This document shows positions 10,963 to 20,522 of a stretch of DNA of 64,000 nucleotides, piece after piece. The position numbers were made by a program, and so were the translations under genes. The DNA lies in IMG/VR virus record IMGVR_UViG_3300021373_003070; one strand, 5' to 3'. Within the stretch, counting starts at the first letter, position 1. Every line of letters begins with the position of its first letter. This DNA comes from a virus. Below the pieces are notes generated by a model. That model was given only the letters and a program-made list of their open reading frames with translations, was not told the DNA's origin and searched no databases.

Positions 10963-11511
10963 ATGATTACAAGACGCAATGTAAGAAATACATGCTTTAA
11001 GATGAAAAAAGGAAACACCGTGAAGTTTCCTGAAATCGTGGAAATCTTAGAACCTATGCTTGAAGAAAGAGGCTTTACATGGTTCGGCTTTTCTACGTGG
11101 TGGGATATTGCAATTGTCAAAGGTGAAATCATAATTATACGAGCTATTCATGACTTACAACAAGCTGAAATGGTTTGTGCACAAAAACAAATGGCCGAAA
11201 AAGTCGGCGCCGATCCTGAGTTTAGTGATGAGGAACTCGGTATTGTAGATTCCATCGAATCACAATTTCTAGATGATATTATGACTTGGCAAAATTATCG
11301 AGATGAGTGGGCTTTAACACAGGATCAAGATAATAAAAGAATTTTAACTAAGCTCATAAAAAGAAAGCCGGCGCAAAAAGTAGAAATTACACAAGACGTT
11401 ATCGATGAGATGATTAAGAAGCAATTAGAAGAAGCTTCAGGAGATCCGGACGTCGAAACTGCAAGACGAAATGTCACACCGGTCGAACACGTCGTAAAGA
11501 TATTGGAGTAA
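10963..11511 (+). CDS. Hypothetical protein
   Basis: GAGGA RBS, 182-aa ORF. Confidence 0.7.
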   Translation: MITRRNVRNTCFKMKKGNTVKFPEIVEILEPMLEERGFTWFGFSTWWDIAIVKGEIIIIRAIHDLQQAEMVCAQKQMAEKVGADPEFSDEELGIVDSIESQFLDDIMTWQNYRDEWALTQDQDNKRILTKLIKRKPAQKVEITQDVIDEMIKKQLEEASGDPDVETARRNVTPVEHVVKILE

Positions 11512-11514
11512 TAA

Positions 11515-13599
11515 ATGGCACTCGGAGATAAAAGATTTACACGTATACCACCGGAAAGTACTGGCGATCGTGTATACATGATCCATACTGCCGAGATTGA
11601 GTACAAAACATTCAACTCTGTAGCTGGTGGATCGACCGATCATTCTTGGCAAATAGGTCAGATGTATATGATTGCTGGCTTCGGTGGCAATGGTATGATG
11701 CATGTTCACGGAGTTTATGATAAAGGCGATGGCACTGGCGTTCTTGCTGTTCACTATAATAAGACTGCAAAGTATGAAAATCTTGAGCCAACAGTTGACG
11801 CTAACATCTCTTACAATGGCACTGCAGTTGCTCAAGTAGCCGCATTCTACGATGTCTACATTCCCGCGCAAAACATCATGGGCTACGATAATCCAGAATT
11901 TGGAATGGATGTTGACATCACAGGTTCAGCAAACATTCGATTCGCAGAAGGTCTCCCCCAATTAGACGCATGGGGCAAATTGCGTACATCAGGCGCTACT
12001 CATATCGGTGACTATGTATTTGGTCAAAAAGAAATTCTCGACAATAACTTCTCTCCTACACAATTAAATGGTGGTTCTGTTGTTTACGATAACGATAGAA
12101 ACTCTGTAACAGTTAAAGTGCCGGGAGCTACTGATCCTGAACATGTAACGAACGAAGGATTTGCCTCTTGTTCAAGTAATCTATACCACCACTATGTTGC
12201 GGGTAGTTCACACCTTTACATGGCCACCGCACGACTGAATAATACAGGCGGTGCATCGGGTTGTGTGAGAAACTGGGGTTTATTTGATGCTAACAACGGT
12301 TTCATGTTTAGGCTTGACGAAAACAATAATCTAAGTGTTGTTATTAGGAGTTCCACTTCAGGTAGTAGGGTTGATAATGTAATTGCACAATCTACGTGGA
12401 ACGGCGATAAAGTCAATGGATCTGGTGATTCACAGGCAACATTAGACTTATCAAAAGATAACATCTACTGGATTGACGTTCAGTGGCATGGTGCGGGTCG
12501 AGTACGATTTGGTACCTACATCGACGGCGCTCGTGTTGTAATGCACTCATACTATCATGGTAACAACTATGAAGTTGCTATGTCGCAAACTGCTTCGTTG
12601 CCTACATGTTGGAGTGTAAAAGCAGTCACAGGCCCAACCGATGATACGTCTATTGAAACATGGTCTGCGTCTGTGTGGACTGAGACAACATTAGATCTTA
12701 ATGAGAAAGGTCAGCAAGCAACCTATGCAACGCCACACACAACAGTGACATCAAATATTTCAGATGATTGGCAATACCTCTTTTCTATTTCTCCAAAAGT
12801 AGAACTTCCGAATGGAGAAGTAAACCATACATTGTATATGCCAACATCGGTTACTGCGTACGCATTTGATGCTGGATTCGACGGCGGTACTGCTAACACT
12901 TCCAAAGGTAATAGTTTAGACGCAATAATCGATCTCAAAGCAGAGATTAACTCTGTAGCCTCAGGATTTGACTTTACATCAGTCTCTGGCACTACAGTAG
13001 AAGTTGATAGTTCAGCCACATCTTACCAAAACGGAAAAATTCTTCTTGAAGAAATGTTCGCTGGGCGTTACGAAACAGATACAACCGATACGTTCAATAA
13101 CTGGCAATACGGTTCTGTTAAAAACTTTGCGGATGATGGCGGTACTATTATCAATAATATTCAAACCGTATCAAACGCTTCTCCTGCTGTGATTACAGTT
13201 ACATCTGGTGAAAGAGTCGAAGTGCGTGACCCGATTGCGGCAGGTGTTGCAGAATTTCCACTTAACATTGCAGAGTATGCATCAGACACAGATAAAAACC
13301 AACAGTACGAAGTCTATGATGCACCAGCGGGTTGGGAATCATTTGGTGGTGTTTACTACTATGTGAAGCCAATTGCGGCAAATCAGTTTGAAGTCTACAA
13401 TGACTATGACAGAACTACCGATACATTCTCAAATCCAGTTGATACTTCAGCACTTCCAGCATGGCCGGGTGGTAGCTCATACATCAAAGGATTCAGAGGT
13501 CCACGAGTCATCTGGTCATTCTATGCTAAGACAAGAACGGCTTTACATCACAATGTCAAGTTGATGGTTACTGTAAACTGGAAAGAGATTATTCAGTAA
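11515..13599 (+). CDS. Putative virion structural protein (beta-sandwich/lectin-like)
   Basis: DAWGKLRTS and IYWIDVQWHGAGRVRFG segments resemble marine phage virion proteins. Confidence 0.6.
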   Translation: MALGDKRFTRIPPESTGDRVYMIHTAEIEYKTFNSVAGGSTDHSWQIGQMYMIAGFGGNGMMHVHGVYDKGDGTGVLAVHYNKTAKYENLEPTVDANISYNGTAVAQVAAFYDVYIPAQNIMGYDNPEFGMDVDITGSANIRFAEGLPQLDAWGKLRTSGATHIGDYVFGQKEILDNNFSPTQLNGGSVVYDNDRNSVTVKVPGATDPEHVTNEGFASCSSNLYHHYVAGSSHLYMATARLNNTGGASGCVRNWGLFDANNGFMFRLDENNNLSVVIRSSTSGSRVDNVIAQSTWNGDKVNGSGDSQATLDLSKDNIYWIDVQWHGAGRVRFGTYIDGARVVMHSYYHGNNYEVAMSQTASLPTCWSVKAVTGPTDDTSIETWSASVWTETTLDLNEKGQQATYATPHTTVTSNISDDWQYLFSISPKVELPNGEVNHTLYMPTSVTAYAFDAGFDGGTANTSKGNSLDAIIDLKAEINSVASGFDFTSVSGTTVEVDSSATSYQNGKILLEEMFAGRYETDTTDTFNNWQYGSVKNFADDGGTIINNIQTVSNASPAVITVTSGERVEVRDPIAAGVAEFPLNIAEYASDTDKNQQYEVYDAPAGWESFGGVYYYVKPIAANQFEVYNDYDRTTDTFSNPVDTSALPAWPGGSSYIKGFRGPRVIWSFYAKTRTALHHNVKLMVTVNWKEIIQ

Positions 13600-14183
13600 T
13601 GCCTTCTATACACCAGTTTTATGGCAATCGATGGATGTGGGAAGATTACCCTAATCAAAAGGTTGTCTTTGATGGTCCTACGAAAACTATATTCGTAAAT
13701 GAAGGTGTTACAGAGTTAGATGTAAAAGAAGATATCTATTCGGCTTGGAAAGAGTGGAGTATCTATTCAACAGAACAGGGTACTGCAACAACATGGCCAA
13801 AAGCTATTACAGCGATTGGTGGTGACCCGATTACAGCTGATCAAAATGTTGGTACTACATTCTTCCTCGAGAATGGATGGAGAATACAACCGTTTGCTAG
13901 TAAAGATCCTTATGTTTTGACAGTAAACGGAAATATTTACACACGAGAAACTGGAGAGAATCCTTTCCTCTTTGCTGAAGGTGTATCGACATCTCTTGTA
14001 CGATCTAACATCGTAGATTTGATTAGAGTCGAAGCGCTTGGTGTAAATATCACAAATACAGATATTGCTGCGATTGCTGACAGTGTATGGGATGAAGCTT
14101 TATCTGATCATGTCACGGCAGGTACAACCGGTAATAAACTTGGCAAGATCGCAACAAAAATTCAAGATATTGCTTTAAGATAA
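13599..14183 (+). CDS. Putative virion protein
   Basis: DIYSAWKEW...FFLENGWRI resembles the N-terminus of the 8823 protein; C-terminal IADSVWDE. Confidence 0.6.
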   Translation: MPSIHQFYGNRWMWEDYPNQKVVFDGPTKTIFVNEGVTELDVKEDIYSAWKEWSIYSTEQGTATTWPKAITAIGGDPITADQNVGTTFFLENGWRIQPFASKDPYVLTVNGNIYTRETGENPFLFAEGVSTSLVRSNIVDLIRVEALGVNITNTDIAAIADSVWDEALSDHVTAGTTGNKLGKIATKIQDIALR

Positions 14184-14189
14184 TTTGAA

Positions 14190-14197
14190 TATAAATA
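14190..14197 (+). promoter_or_regulatory. Late promoter TATAAATA
   Basis: Exact consensus, intergenic. Confidence 0.8.
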
Positions 14198-14205
14198 GAT
14201 AGAAT

Positions 14206-14472
14206 ATGGAGAATACTATGACAGACGTAACAGATTTTATTCAAGCGGCCGTAGCCGATAAGCCAATTGCTGCACAACATGCATTTGCCGCTGCTATGGA
14301 CGACAGAGTCGATACTGCACTTACTGCCAAGTATGACGAAGTACAACAACAGATCTTCAATGGAGTTGACGAAGTTGAAGTCGACGAGACAGAATATGAA
14401 GCCGTAGAAGCTGAAATGTCCGATGAAGATCATACAGATTTAGAAACAGAAATGGAAGATAACGATGTCTGA
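14206..14472 (+). CDS. Small acidic protein, possible gp67-like prohead core protein
   Basis: Size, acidity and position upstream of gp21. Confidence 0.45.
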   Translation: MENTMTDVTDFIQAAVADKPIAAQHAFAAAMDDRVDTALTAKYDEVQQQIFNGVDEVEVDETEYEAVEAEMSDEDHTDLETEMEDNDV

Positions 14473-15250
14473 TATACTAAACACAGTTCTTGAAAAATTC
14501 AAGAAGGTAGAAGGTGGAATCCTAGATCCACAACGTTCCGGTGCAGACGGTGCTGAAGATAATTTTATCGGTAAGCATATTGATAATGTGCAGGCAACCG
14601 ACGGACCCGGCGTTGAAAAAGAAAAAGGCCATCCACATAATGCCGGTGAGAAAGTAAAGATGGCGGATCGCAAAAAAGATCGTAAAGGTTACGAGCCAAA
14701 AGAAGATGCTGAAGTATATGAATCATCTGATGAAGGTTATGATATCGAAGATTTCTATGTAGCCGAAGAAGACGATCTTGATGTTGAATTCGACATGGAA
14801 ACACTCAAGGAAGATAGTCTCTACTTCATGAACATTTTTGAAGAAGCTGTAGCAGAATTCATCGAAGAAGAAGCCGACGAAGAAGAAAAAGAGATGTTGG
14901 AAGAGATGATGTCTACCGATGAAGGTATGATGGAACTCATTGATTCTTTGTTCGAAGAGAAAGAGTGTGGCGAGTGCGGCAAGGCAATCGAAAATTGTAA
15001 GTGCGACGACCACGATCATGAAGGCACATCTGACGACGATGTCATTGACGCTAAGCCAAGGTTGAAGAAGACTGATAAAGAAACAACAAAAGAAGGCTAT
15101 GGCAAAAAGAAGTCAATGAAGGAAGGCGAAGAAGAAGATGGCGGAGCCACAGTTAACACTAAGCGCGCTGATGTAAAAATGATCAAGACTCGTACACCTG
15201 ATGGCCGTGTTATCTTTCGAAAGGATAGAAAGGACATCAAGGTTAACTAA
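14465..15250 (+). CDS. Highly acidic hypothetical protein, possible prohead core/internal protein
   Basis: Glu/Asp-rich with a small Cys/His cluster; head-gene context. Confidence 0.5.
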   Translation: MSDILNTVLEKFKKVEGGILDPQRSGADGAEDNFIGKHIDNVQATDGPGVEKEKGHPHNAGEKVKMADRKKDRKGYEPKEDAEVYESSDEGYDIEDFYVAEEDDLDVEFDMETLKEDSLYFMNIFEEAVAEFIEEEADEEEKEMLEEMMSTDEGMMELIDSLFEEKECGECGKAIENCKCDDHDHEGTSDDDVIDAKPRLKKTDKETTKEGYGKKKSMKEGEEEDGGATVNTKRADVKMIKTRTPDGRVIFRKDRKDIKVN

Positions 15251-15966
15251 TGGTTGCTCGTTATTATCCTGACGACTTCAGTATAAACATTGCTCGTGGT
15301 ATTGTAAAAGGTACCACTAGCAATCATAAGTTCGGCGCTGTTCCTCAAATGAGTAACGCCGCAACTGGTACTGTATGGGATATTAACGATACTGTTTATC
15401 CATGGTCAGCGTATGACGTTGCGAATACTGCTGTCATTCCTACTGTTGCTAGCGATGATAATGGAAAGACAATTACGGTACAAGGTTTAGATCAAGATTA
15501 CAATTTTGCTGAAGAAGAATTTGTTGTTTCTTCAACAGTAGCAACAACAGGTTCGGTAGAATTTAAAAGAATAAATCGAGCTTTTGTAAGTGCAGGAGCT
15601 GATAATGCAGCGAATGTAAATATAACATATAATGGAACAAACGTAGCAAGAATTGGTGCCGGCAATGGTCAAACACTTATGAGTGTTTACACTGTACCAG
15701 CCGGAACAGATGCTTTTTTATTAAAGTTTGTAGCATCTGCTAGCGCAGATGCTTCTTTGTTTTTTAGACGTAGAGATTTTAATCAAGAAGCATTTAGAAT
15801 CGCTCATACTGGTGAGCTTGTAAACTTTTACGAATACGAATTTGAAGTACCATTAAAATTTACAGAAAAAACAGATTTAGATGTACGTGCCACAACAGGA
15901 ACAAATAATGCTAGAATTACCTGCTGCTTTGACATCGTACTTATTCAACAAGGACTAGGATCATGA
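15250..15966 (+). CDS. Hypothetical virion-associated protein
   Basis: 238-aa ORF coupled to its neighbours. Confidence 0.6.
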   Translation: MVARYYPDDFSINIARGIVKGTTSNHKFGAVPQMSNAATGTVWDINDTVYPWSAYDVANTAVIPTVASDDNGKTITVQGLDQDYNFAEEEFVVSSTVATTGSVEFKRINRAFVSAGADNAANVNITYNGTNVARIGAGNGQTLMSVYTVPAGTDAFLLKFVASASADASLFFRRRDFNQEAFRIAHTGELVNFYEYEFEVPLKFTEKTDLDVRATTGTNNARITCCFDIVLIQQGLGS

Positions 15967-16205
15967 TCGTAAAAATGAAATCAGCTGAAGTAAATCTCGG
16001 CGCAGCGACAACGGTATCAAATGCTAATGTTGTACGAGTGTATAATTCGAATTCATCTACCGATTTTGAAATCACAAATAGCAATGGTAATTCTATGACA
16101 TTACCAGCTGGTGCTATCTCATTCATCGATAAGCTACCTACTGAAACACTAACAGCCGGAAATACTGACGTTCTTGCCGTTTCTGTAGCATACAATATAG
16201 CGTAA
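15963..16205 (+). CDS. Small hypothetical beta protein
   Basis: ATGA overlap; precedes gp21. Confidence 0.6.
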   Translation: MIVKMKSAEVNLGAATTVSNANVVRVYNSNSSTDFEITNSNGNSMTLPAGAISFIDKLPTETLTAGNTDVLAVSVAYNIA

Positions 16206-16215
16206 GGAAATAGCA

Positions 16216-16878
16216 ATGAAACTCATCACAGAAGTAACCGAATCAGTCAAAGTTATTACTGAAGAGAAAGACGGTAAAAAGAACCTTTATATCGAAGGTA
16301 TTTTTCTTCAAGGTAACATCGTAAATCGCAACGGTCGTCGATACACTACAGAAATTCTTGCAAAAGAAGTAGGCAGATATATGGCAGAGACCGTACAAAA
16401 AGGGCGCGCCTATGGCGAGCTAGGTCATCCTGATGGTCCAAGCATCAATCTCGACCGTGTATCACACATTATTACCGATCTCCGCCAAGAAGGCGACAAC
16501 TTTATCGGTAAAGCAAAAATTTCTTCTACACCTATGGGTAAAATTGCAGAGGGATTGCTCTCAGATGGAGCTCAACTTGGTGTATCATCTCGCGGCATGG
16601 GTTCTATCAAAGAAGGTAAAGATGGTGTTGCTGAAGTTCAAGAGGATTTTTATCTTGCAACTGCAGCTGACATTGTCGCCGATCCTTCTGCTCCTGACGC
16701 TTTCGTAAATGGCATTATGGAAGGCGTCGAATGGGTGTGGAATCAAGATAAGTTAGTCGCTATGCAAGTAGAAGAAATGCAGCGTGAAGCTGAAAATGCT
16801 GTACGCAATAGGAAATTGAATGAACGAAAAAAATTGGCTATGTTTGAGCGATTTATCAACGAGATTTCAAAAGTTTAA
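16216..16878 (+). CDS. gp21: Prohead core scaffold protease
   Basis: MKLITE, YGELGHP, LGVSSRGMGS, DIVADPSAPDAFV. Confidence 0.97.
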   Translation: MKLITEVTESVKVITEEKDGKKNLYIEGIFLQGNIVNRNGRRYTTEILAKEVGRYMAETVQKGRAYGELGHPDGPSINLDRVSHIITDLRQEGDNFIGKAKISSTPMGKIAEGLLSDGAQLGVSSRGMGSIKEGKDGVAEVQEDFYLATAADIVADPSAPDAFVNGIMEGVEWVWNQDKLVAMQVEEMQREAENAVRNRKLNERKKLAMFERFINEISKV

Positions 16879-16882
16879 TTCA

Positions 16883-16890
16883 TATAAATA
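16883..16890 (+). promoter_or_regulatory. Late promoter TATAAATA
   Basis: Exact consensus upstream of gp22. Confidence 0.85.
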
Positions 16891-16928
16891 GTATTTACTA
16901 GAAAAAAATACCTAGGGAGATATATCTA

Positions 16929-17984
16929 ATGTCTGAAGAAATGAACTACGAGGTAGAAGAGACAGTAGATGTTGAACAAGAGGAATCTCTTGAAGAAGCA
17001 TCAGCTGCTCAAGCTTCGCTTAAGCCTTCAGCGACCAAAACACAGATGCTTGGCGATCTGATGTCTAAAGTTGCTGGCATGACAAAGCAGGACTTATCTG
17101 CTTTTCTAGACAAAACTCTCGCCCAAGTTGGTAAGGAAGCTGATTCAGTTCCTGACACTTCTGGCAAGAATGCGTCTTCAGTATCAAACAGCGGCGCTGG
17201 TGTACCTTCACCACGTGTAGCTGTTCCTGCTAAAGCTATGAAAGAAGATTTGGAAGATTTATTCGGAGATCAAGAAGATCTATCCGAAGATTTCCGTGTA
17301 CGTGCAACTACAATCTTCGAAGCTGCAGTAAACAATCGTGTACAACTAGAAATGGTTCGTATGGAAGAAGAAGCCGAAGCTGCAATTGAAGCTGGCATTT
17401 CTGAGTCTGTATCAGAGCTACACGAGCAAGTAGAAAAGTACATGGATTATGTTGTTGAGAAGTGGATGGAAGAAAATGCCGTTGCTCTCGAAAACAACTT
17501 CCGTGTTCAGGCCACCGAGTCTTTCATCGATGGTCTTAAGAATCTTTTTGCCGAGAGCTACGTTGAAGTTCCCGAAGAAAAGATCGATCTCGTTGACGAG
17601 CTGCAAAGCTATGTCGCCGAGCTCGAAGAATCCTTAGAAGTAATTGAAGCAGAAAATGTCGAATTGACTAAGGTGATCAGCGAAGCAACAGTTGAAGCTG
17701 CTTTTGAAGACGTGTCCGAAGGTTTAGTTGATACGCAAGTTGAAAAACTTCGTACACTAGCTGAAGGCGTTGAATACGCTAATGCTGATGAGTATGCAGA
17801 AAAACTCAAGATCATTAAGGAACAGTATTTCACTGAGTCTAAGAAAGAAAACGAAGGATCTACTGGGCTAATTAATGAAGAAGTTTCTGTAGGTTCTAAT
17901 GATGAGATTTCAGAAAATGAGCAACGTGTCCACCCAGACATGGCGCCATATTTTGATGCATTGTCTCGAACCGCTAGAAAATAA
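16929..17984 (+). CDS. gp22: Prohead core scaffolding protein
   Basis: Acidic coiled coil, LSEDF...ATTIFEAAV, YMDYVVEKWMEEN; between gp21 and gp23. Confidence 0.92.
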   Translation: MSEEMNYEVEETVDVEQEESLEEASAAQASLKPSATKTQMLGDLMSKVAGMTKQDLSAFLDKTLAQVGKEADSVPDTSGKNASSVSNSGAGVPSPRVAVPAKAMKEDLEDLFGDQEDLSEDFRVRATTIFEAAVNNRVQLEMVRMEEEAEAAIEAGISESVSELHEQVEKYMDYVVEKWMEENAVALENNFRVQATESFIDGLKNLFAESYVEVPEEKIDLVDELQSYVAELEESLEVIEAENVELTKVISEATVEAAFEDVSEGLVDTQVEKLRTLAEGVEYANADEYAEKLKIIKEQYFTESKKENEGSTGLINEEVSVGSNDEISENEQRVHPDMAPYFDALSRTARK

Positions 17985-17990
17985 CTTTTT

Positions 17991-17998
17991 TATAAATA
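17991..17998 (+). promoter_or_regulatory. Late promoter TATAAATA
   Basis: Exact consensus upstream of the major capsid gene. Confidence 0.88.
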
Positions 17999-18039
17999 GT
18001 TAACAGTAAATCTAAAAATCCCAATAGGAGTTAAGCCAC

Positions 18040-19356
18040 ATGAATTTAAATGAACAAATTCAATCTAAGTGGGCACCAGTGATCTCGCATCCTGATCTTC
18101 CCGAGATCTCTGACCCCCATCGCCGTGCTGTAACAGCAATGGTTCTCGAAAACACAGAGAAAGCTCTGCGTGAGAATGCTGCTGTCGGCGCTTCACAGCA
18201 ACTTATGGAAGCACCAACCATGACCACCGACGGTGGAATGGGTTCTGCTGCCACTGGTAACATCAAAGGTTTTGATCCTATCCTGATCAGCCTTGTACGT
18301 CGTACTCTGCCTAACTTGATGGCATACGACGTCTGTGGTGTACAGCCAATGACTGGTCCAACTGGCCTCATCTTTGCAATGCGTTCACAGTACGCTGTTG
18401 ATCCTGCAAACAACGATACATGGTCAGAGGCTATGTACGACGAAGCCGACACTGACTTCTCTGGTAACACTACACCTGCTCACGCTGGTAACTCTCAAAC
18501 TGGTGCACACGGTATCGGTATGGAGACTAGCACTGCTGAAGGTCTTGGTGACGGTACCAACCCTGACTTCGGTGAGATGGCGTTTAGCATCGACAAGGTA
18601 ACTGTAACAGCTCGCAGCCGTGCGCTGAAGGCAGATTACAGCTTAGAGCTCGCACAAGACTTGAAAGCAGTACACGGTCTTGACGCTGAAGCTGAGCTTA
18701 GCAACATCCTTGCTGCTGAGATCCTGGCTGAAATCAACCGCGAAGTTATTCGTACAGTAAACAAGTCAGCTGTTGCTGGTTCACAAGGTTCTGTTACAAC
18801 TAACGGTACTTTTGACCTTGACGTTGACGCTTCTGGCCGTTGGTCAGTTGAAAAGTTCAAGGGCCTTATGTTCCACATCGAGCGCGAAGCAAACCGCGTC
18901 GCTAAAGACACTCGTCGTGGTAAGGCTAACATCATCATCTGTTCTTCTGACGTAGCTTCAGCTCTTCAGATGGCTGGTGTCCTTGACTACACTCCTGCTC
19001 TTAACAGCAACAACCTCGCAATCGACGATACTGGTAACACATTCGCTGGTGTATTGAATGGCCGTTTCCGCGTATACATCGATCCATATGCAACTACTAA
19101 CTACATGAACATCGGCTATAAGGGTTCAGGCGCATTTGACGCTGGTATCTTCTACTGCCCCTATGTTCCACTGCAGATGGTACGTGCGGTTGACCAAGAC
19201 ACTTTCCAGCCTAAGATTGGATTCAAGACTCGCTACGGCATGGTCGCTAATCCTTTCGCTCCATCAGTACAGGGTACTCCTGCAGTTGGAGATGGTTCAT
19301 TGTCTGCTGGTACTAACGGATACTACCGTATCTCTACAGTCCAGAACTTGCTATAA
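18040..19356 (+). CDS. gp23: Major capsid protein
   Basis: GVQPMTGPTGLIFAMR, EINREVIR, FQPKIGFKTRYG. Confidence 0.98.
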   Translation: MNLNEQIQSKWAPVISHPDLPEISDPHRRAVTAMVLENTEKALRENAAVGASQQLMEAPTMTTDGGMGSAATGNIKGFDPILISLVRRTLPNLMAYDVCGVQPMTGPTGLIFAMRSQYAVDPANNDTWSEAMYDEADTDFSGNTTPAHAGNSQTGAHGIGMETSTAEGLGDGTNPDFGEMAFSIDKVTVTARSRALKADYSLELAQDLKAVHGLDAEAELSNILAAEILAEINREVIRTVNKSAVAGSQGSVTTNGTFDLDVDASGRWSVEKFKGLMFHIEREANRVAKDTRRGKANIIICSSDVASALQMAGVLDYTPALNSNNLAIDDTGNTFAGVLNGRFRVYIDPYATTNYMNIGYKGSGAFDAGIFYCPYVPLQMVRAVDQDTFQPKIGFKTRYGMVANPFAPSVQGTPAVGDGSLSAGTNGYYRISTVQNLL

Positions 19357-19404
19357 CAATAATAATAGCAATCGACCTCGCATTGGTCTGAAATGCGAAT
19401 TTAT

Positions 19405-19430
19405 AGGGGATCTTCGGATCCCCTTTTTTT
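19405..19430 (+). terminator. Intrinsic terminator after gp23
   Basis: GGGGATC-TTCG-GATCCCC followed by T7. Confidence 0.9.
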
Positions 19431-19435
19431 GTCTG

Positions 19436-19464
19436 TGTACCTTGCATAAATAGTACTGTATAAT
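19436..19464 (+). promoter_or_regulatory. Early-type sigma70-like promoter (TGTACC-N17-TATAAT) overlapping a late-like CATAAATA
   Basis: Matches the promoter motif recurring across the window. Confidence 0.55.
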
Positions 19465-19481
19465 CTATTCATGGATATGAT

Positions 19482-19964
19482 ATGACTACATTCAATAAAA
19501 ACATGTTATCTCCTCTTGGCTTTACATTCGAAGTCAAGAAGCTGCCTGGTTTCAATCACTTCGTACAAGCTGTTTCAATACCGGGCGTAACATTAGGTCA
19601 ATCTGAAATACCAACACCGCTCAAAGCAATGCCTATCTATGGCGATCACTTGACATATAGCGAATTGGTTGTAGACTTTAAGGTCAATGAGGATCTGAGT
19701 AACTATATTGAAATCTTCAACTGGATCAAAGGTCTTGGTTTTCCAGATGACTTTCAACAATTCAAAGAGCTCGATCAAAAAGAATCTGACTGCAATCTCA
19801 TGATCATGTCGAGCAATATGAATCCCCTTGTAAGAGTCGACTTTCTCGATGCATTCCCTGTTTCTCTGACTGATATTCGAATGGATTCAAAGGATACCGC
19901 AGTGGAATACATCGAAGCTACGGCTACATTTAAGTTCCTCAATTATACGTTTACAAGTCTATAA
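19482..19964 (+). CDS. gp3: Tail completion / sheath stabiliser
   Basis: NMLSPLGF.F, Q.VSIPG, GD.L.Y..L.V.F.V.EDL.NY, F.DAFP.SL. Confidence 0.85.
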   Translation: MTTFNKNMLSPLGFTFEVKKLPGFNHFVQAVSIPGVTLGQSEIPTPLKAMPIYGDHLTYSELVVDFKVNEDLSNYIEIFNWIKGLGFPDDFQQFKELDQKESDCNLMIMSSNMNPLVRVDFLDAFPVSLTDIRMDSKDTAVEYIEATATFKFLNYTFTSL

Positions 19965-19978
19965 AAGTATGGTAGAAT
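19950..19978 (+). promoter_or_regulatory. Early-type promoter (G)TTTACA-N17-TAGAAT
   Basis: T4 early-like GTTTAC -35 with extended -10. Confidence 0.65.
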
Positions 19979-20004
19979 AGCCTTTTATTGTACGTAAACA
20001 CATT

Positions 20005-20442
20005 ATGACATTAGATGAAATTTTCGAAGAATGGTCAAGTGATACACAAATAGATCATACAGAGTTAGGTAATGCGGCATTAGAGCTAGCCAAATTACAT
20101 CATAAGTATTATCGAATGTTATCACGTGAAAGACTTCATGGCAAAAAACTCGAAGCCGATATCAAGCAACTAAAACTTGAGAAAACGGAGTTTTACCAAG
20201 ATGGACCTACTGAAGAGCATATTGAAAAAGGCTGGAAGCTTCCTGCTAAAGGACGAATACTACGTTCCGATGTTGGAAATTATGTTGATAGTGACAGCGA
20301 TATTATTGCTGCTAACTTAAAGCTAGCCTATCAAAATGAGAAGGTGAATTTATTGCAAGACATTATTAAGACGATTTCTAATCGTGGATTTCATATTAAA
20401 TCTGCGATAGATTGGGAGCGCTTCAAAACGGGATCTATATAA
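20005..20442 (+). CDS. uvsY: Recombination mediator UvsY
   Basis: LHHKY, RGFHIKSAIDW..F; upstream of uvsW. Confidence 0.9.
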   Translation: MTLDEIFEEWSSDTQIDHTELGNAALELAKLHHKYYRMLSRERLHGKKLEADIKQLKLEKTEFYQDGPTEEHIEKGWKLPAKGRILRSDVGNYVDSDSDIIAANLKLAYQNEKVNLLQDIIKTISNRGFHIKSAIDWERFKTGSI

Positions 20443-20522
20443 TGGAATTTAGTGACATGGTAAGTAAGAGTAGATCTAATATGTCAAGATATCATTTTGA
20501 TAATTGCAAAAATAAATTATGA
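20442..20522 (+). pseudogene. 26-codon remnant resembling a homing-endonuclease C-terminal Zn-finger tail
   Basis: MEFSDMVSKSRSNMSRYHFDNCKNKL; NMxRxHFDNCK is a typical end of phage free-standing homing endonucleases. Confidence 0.5.
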
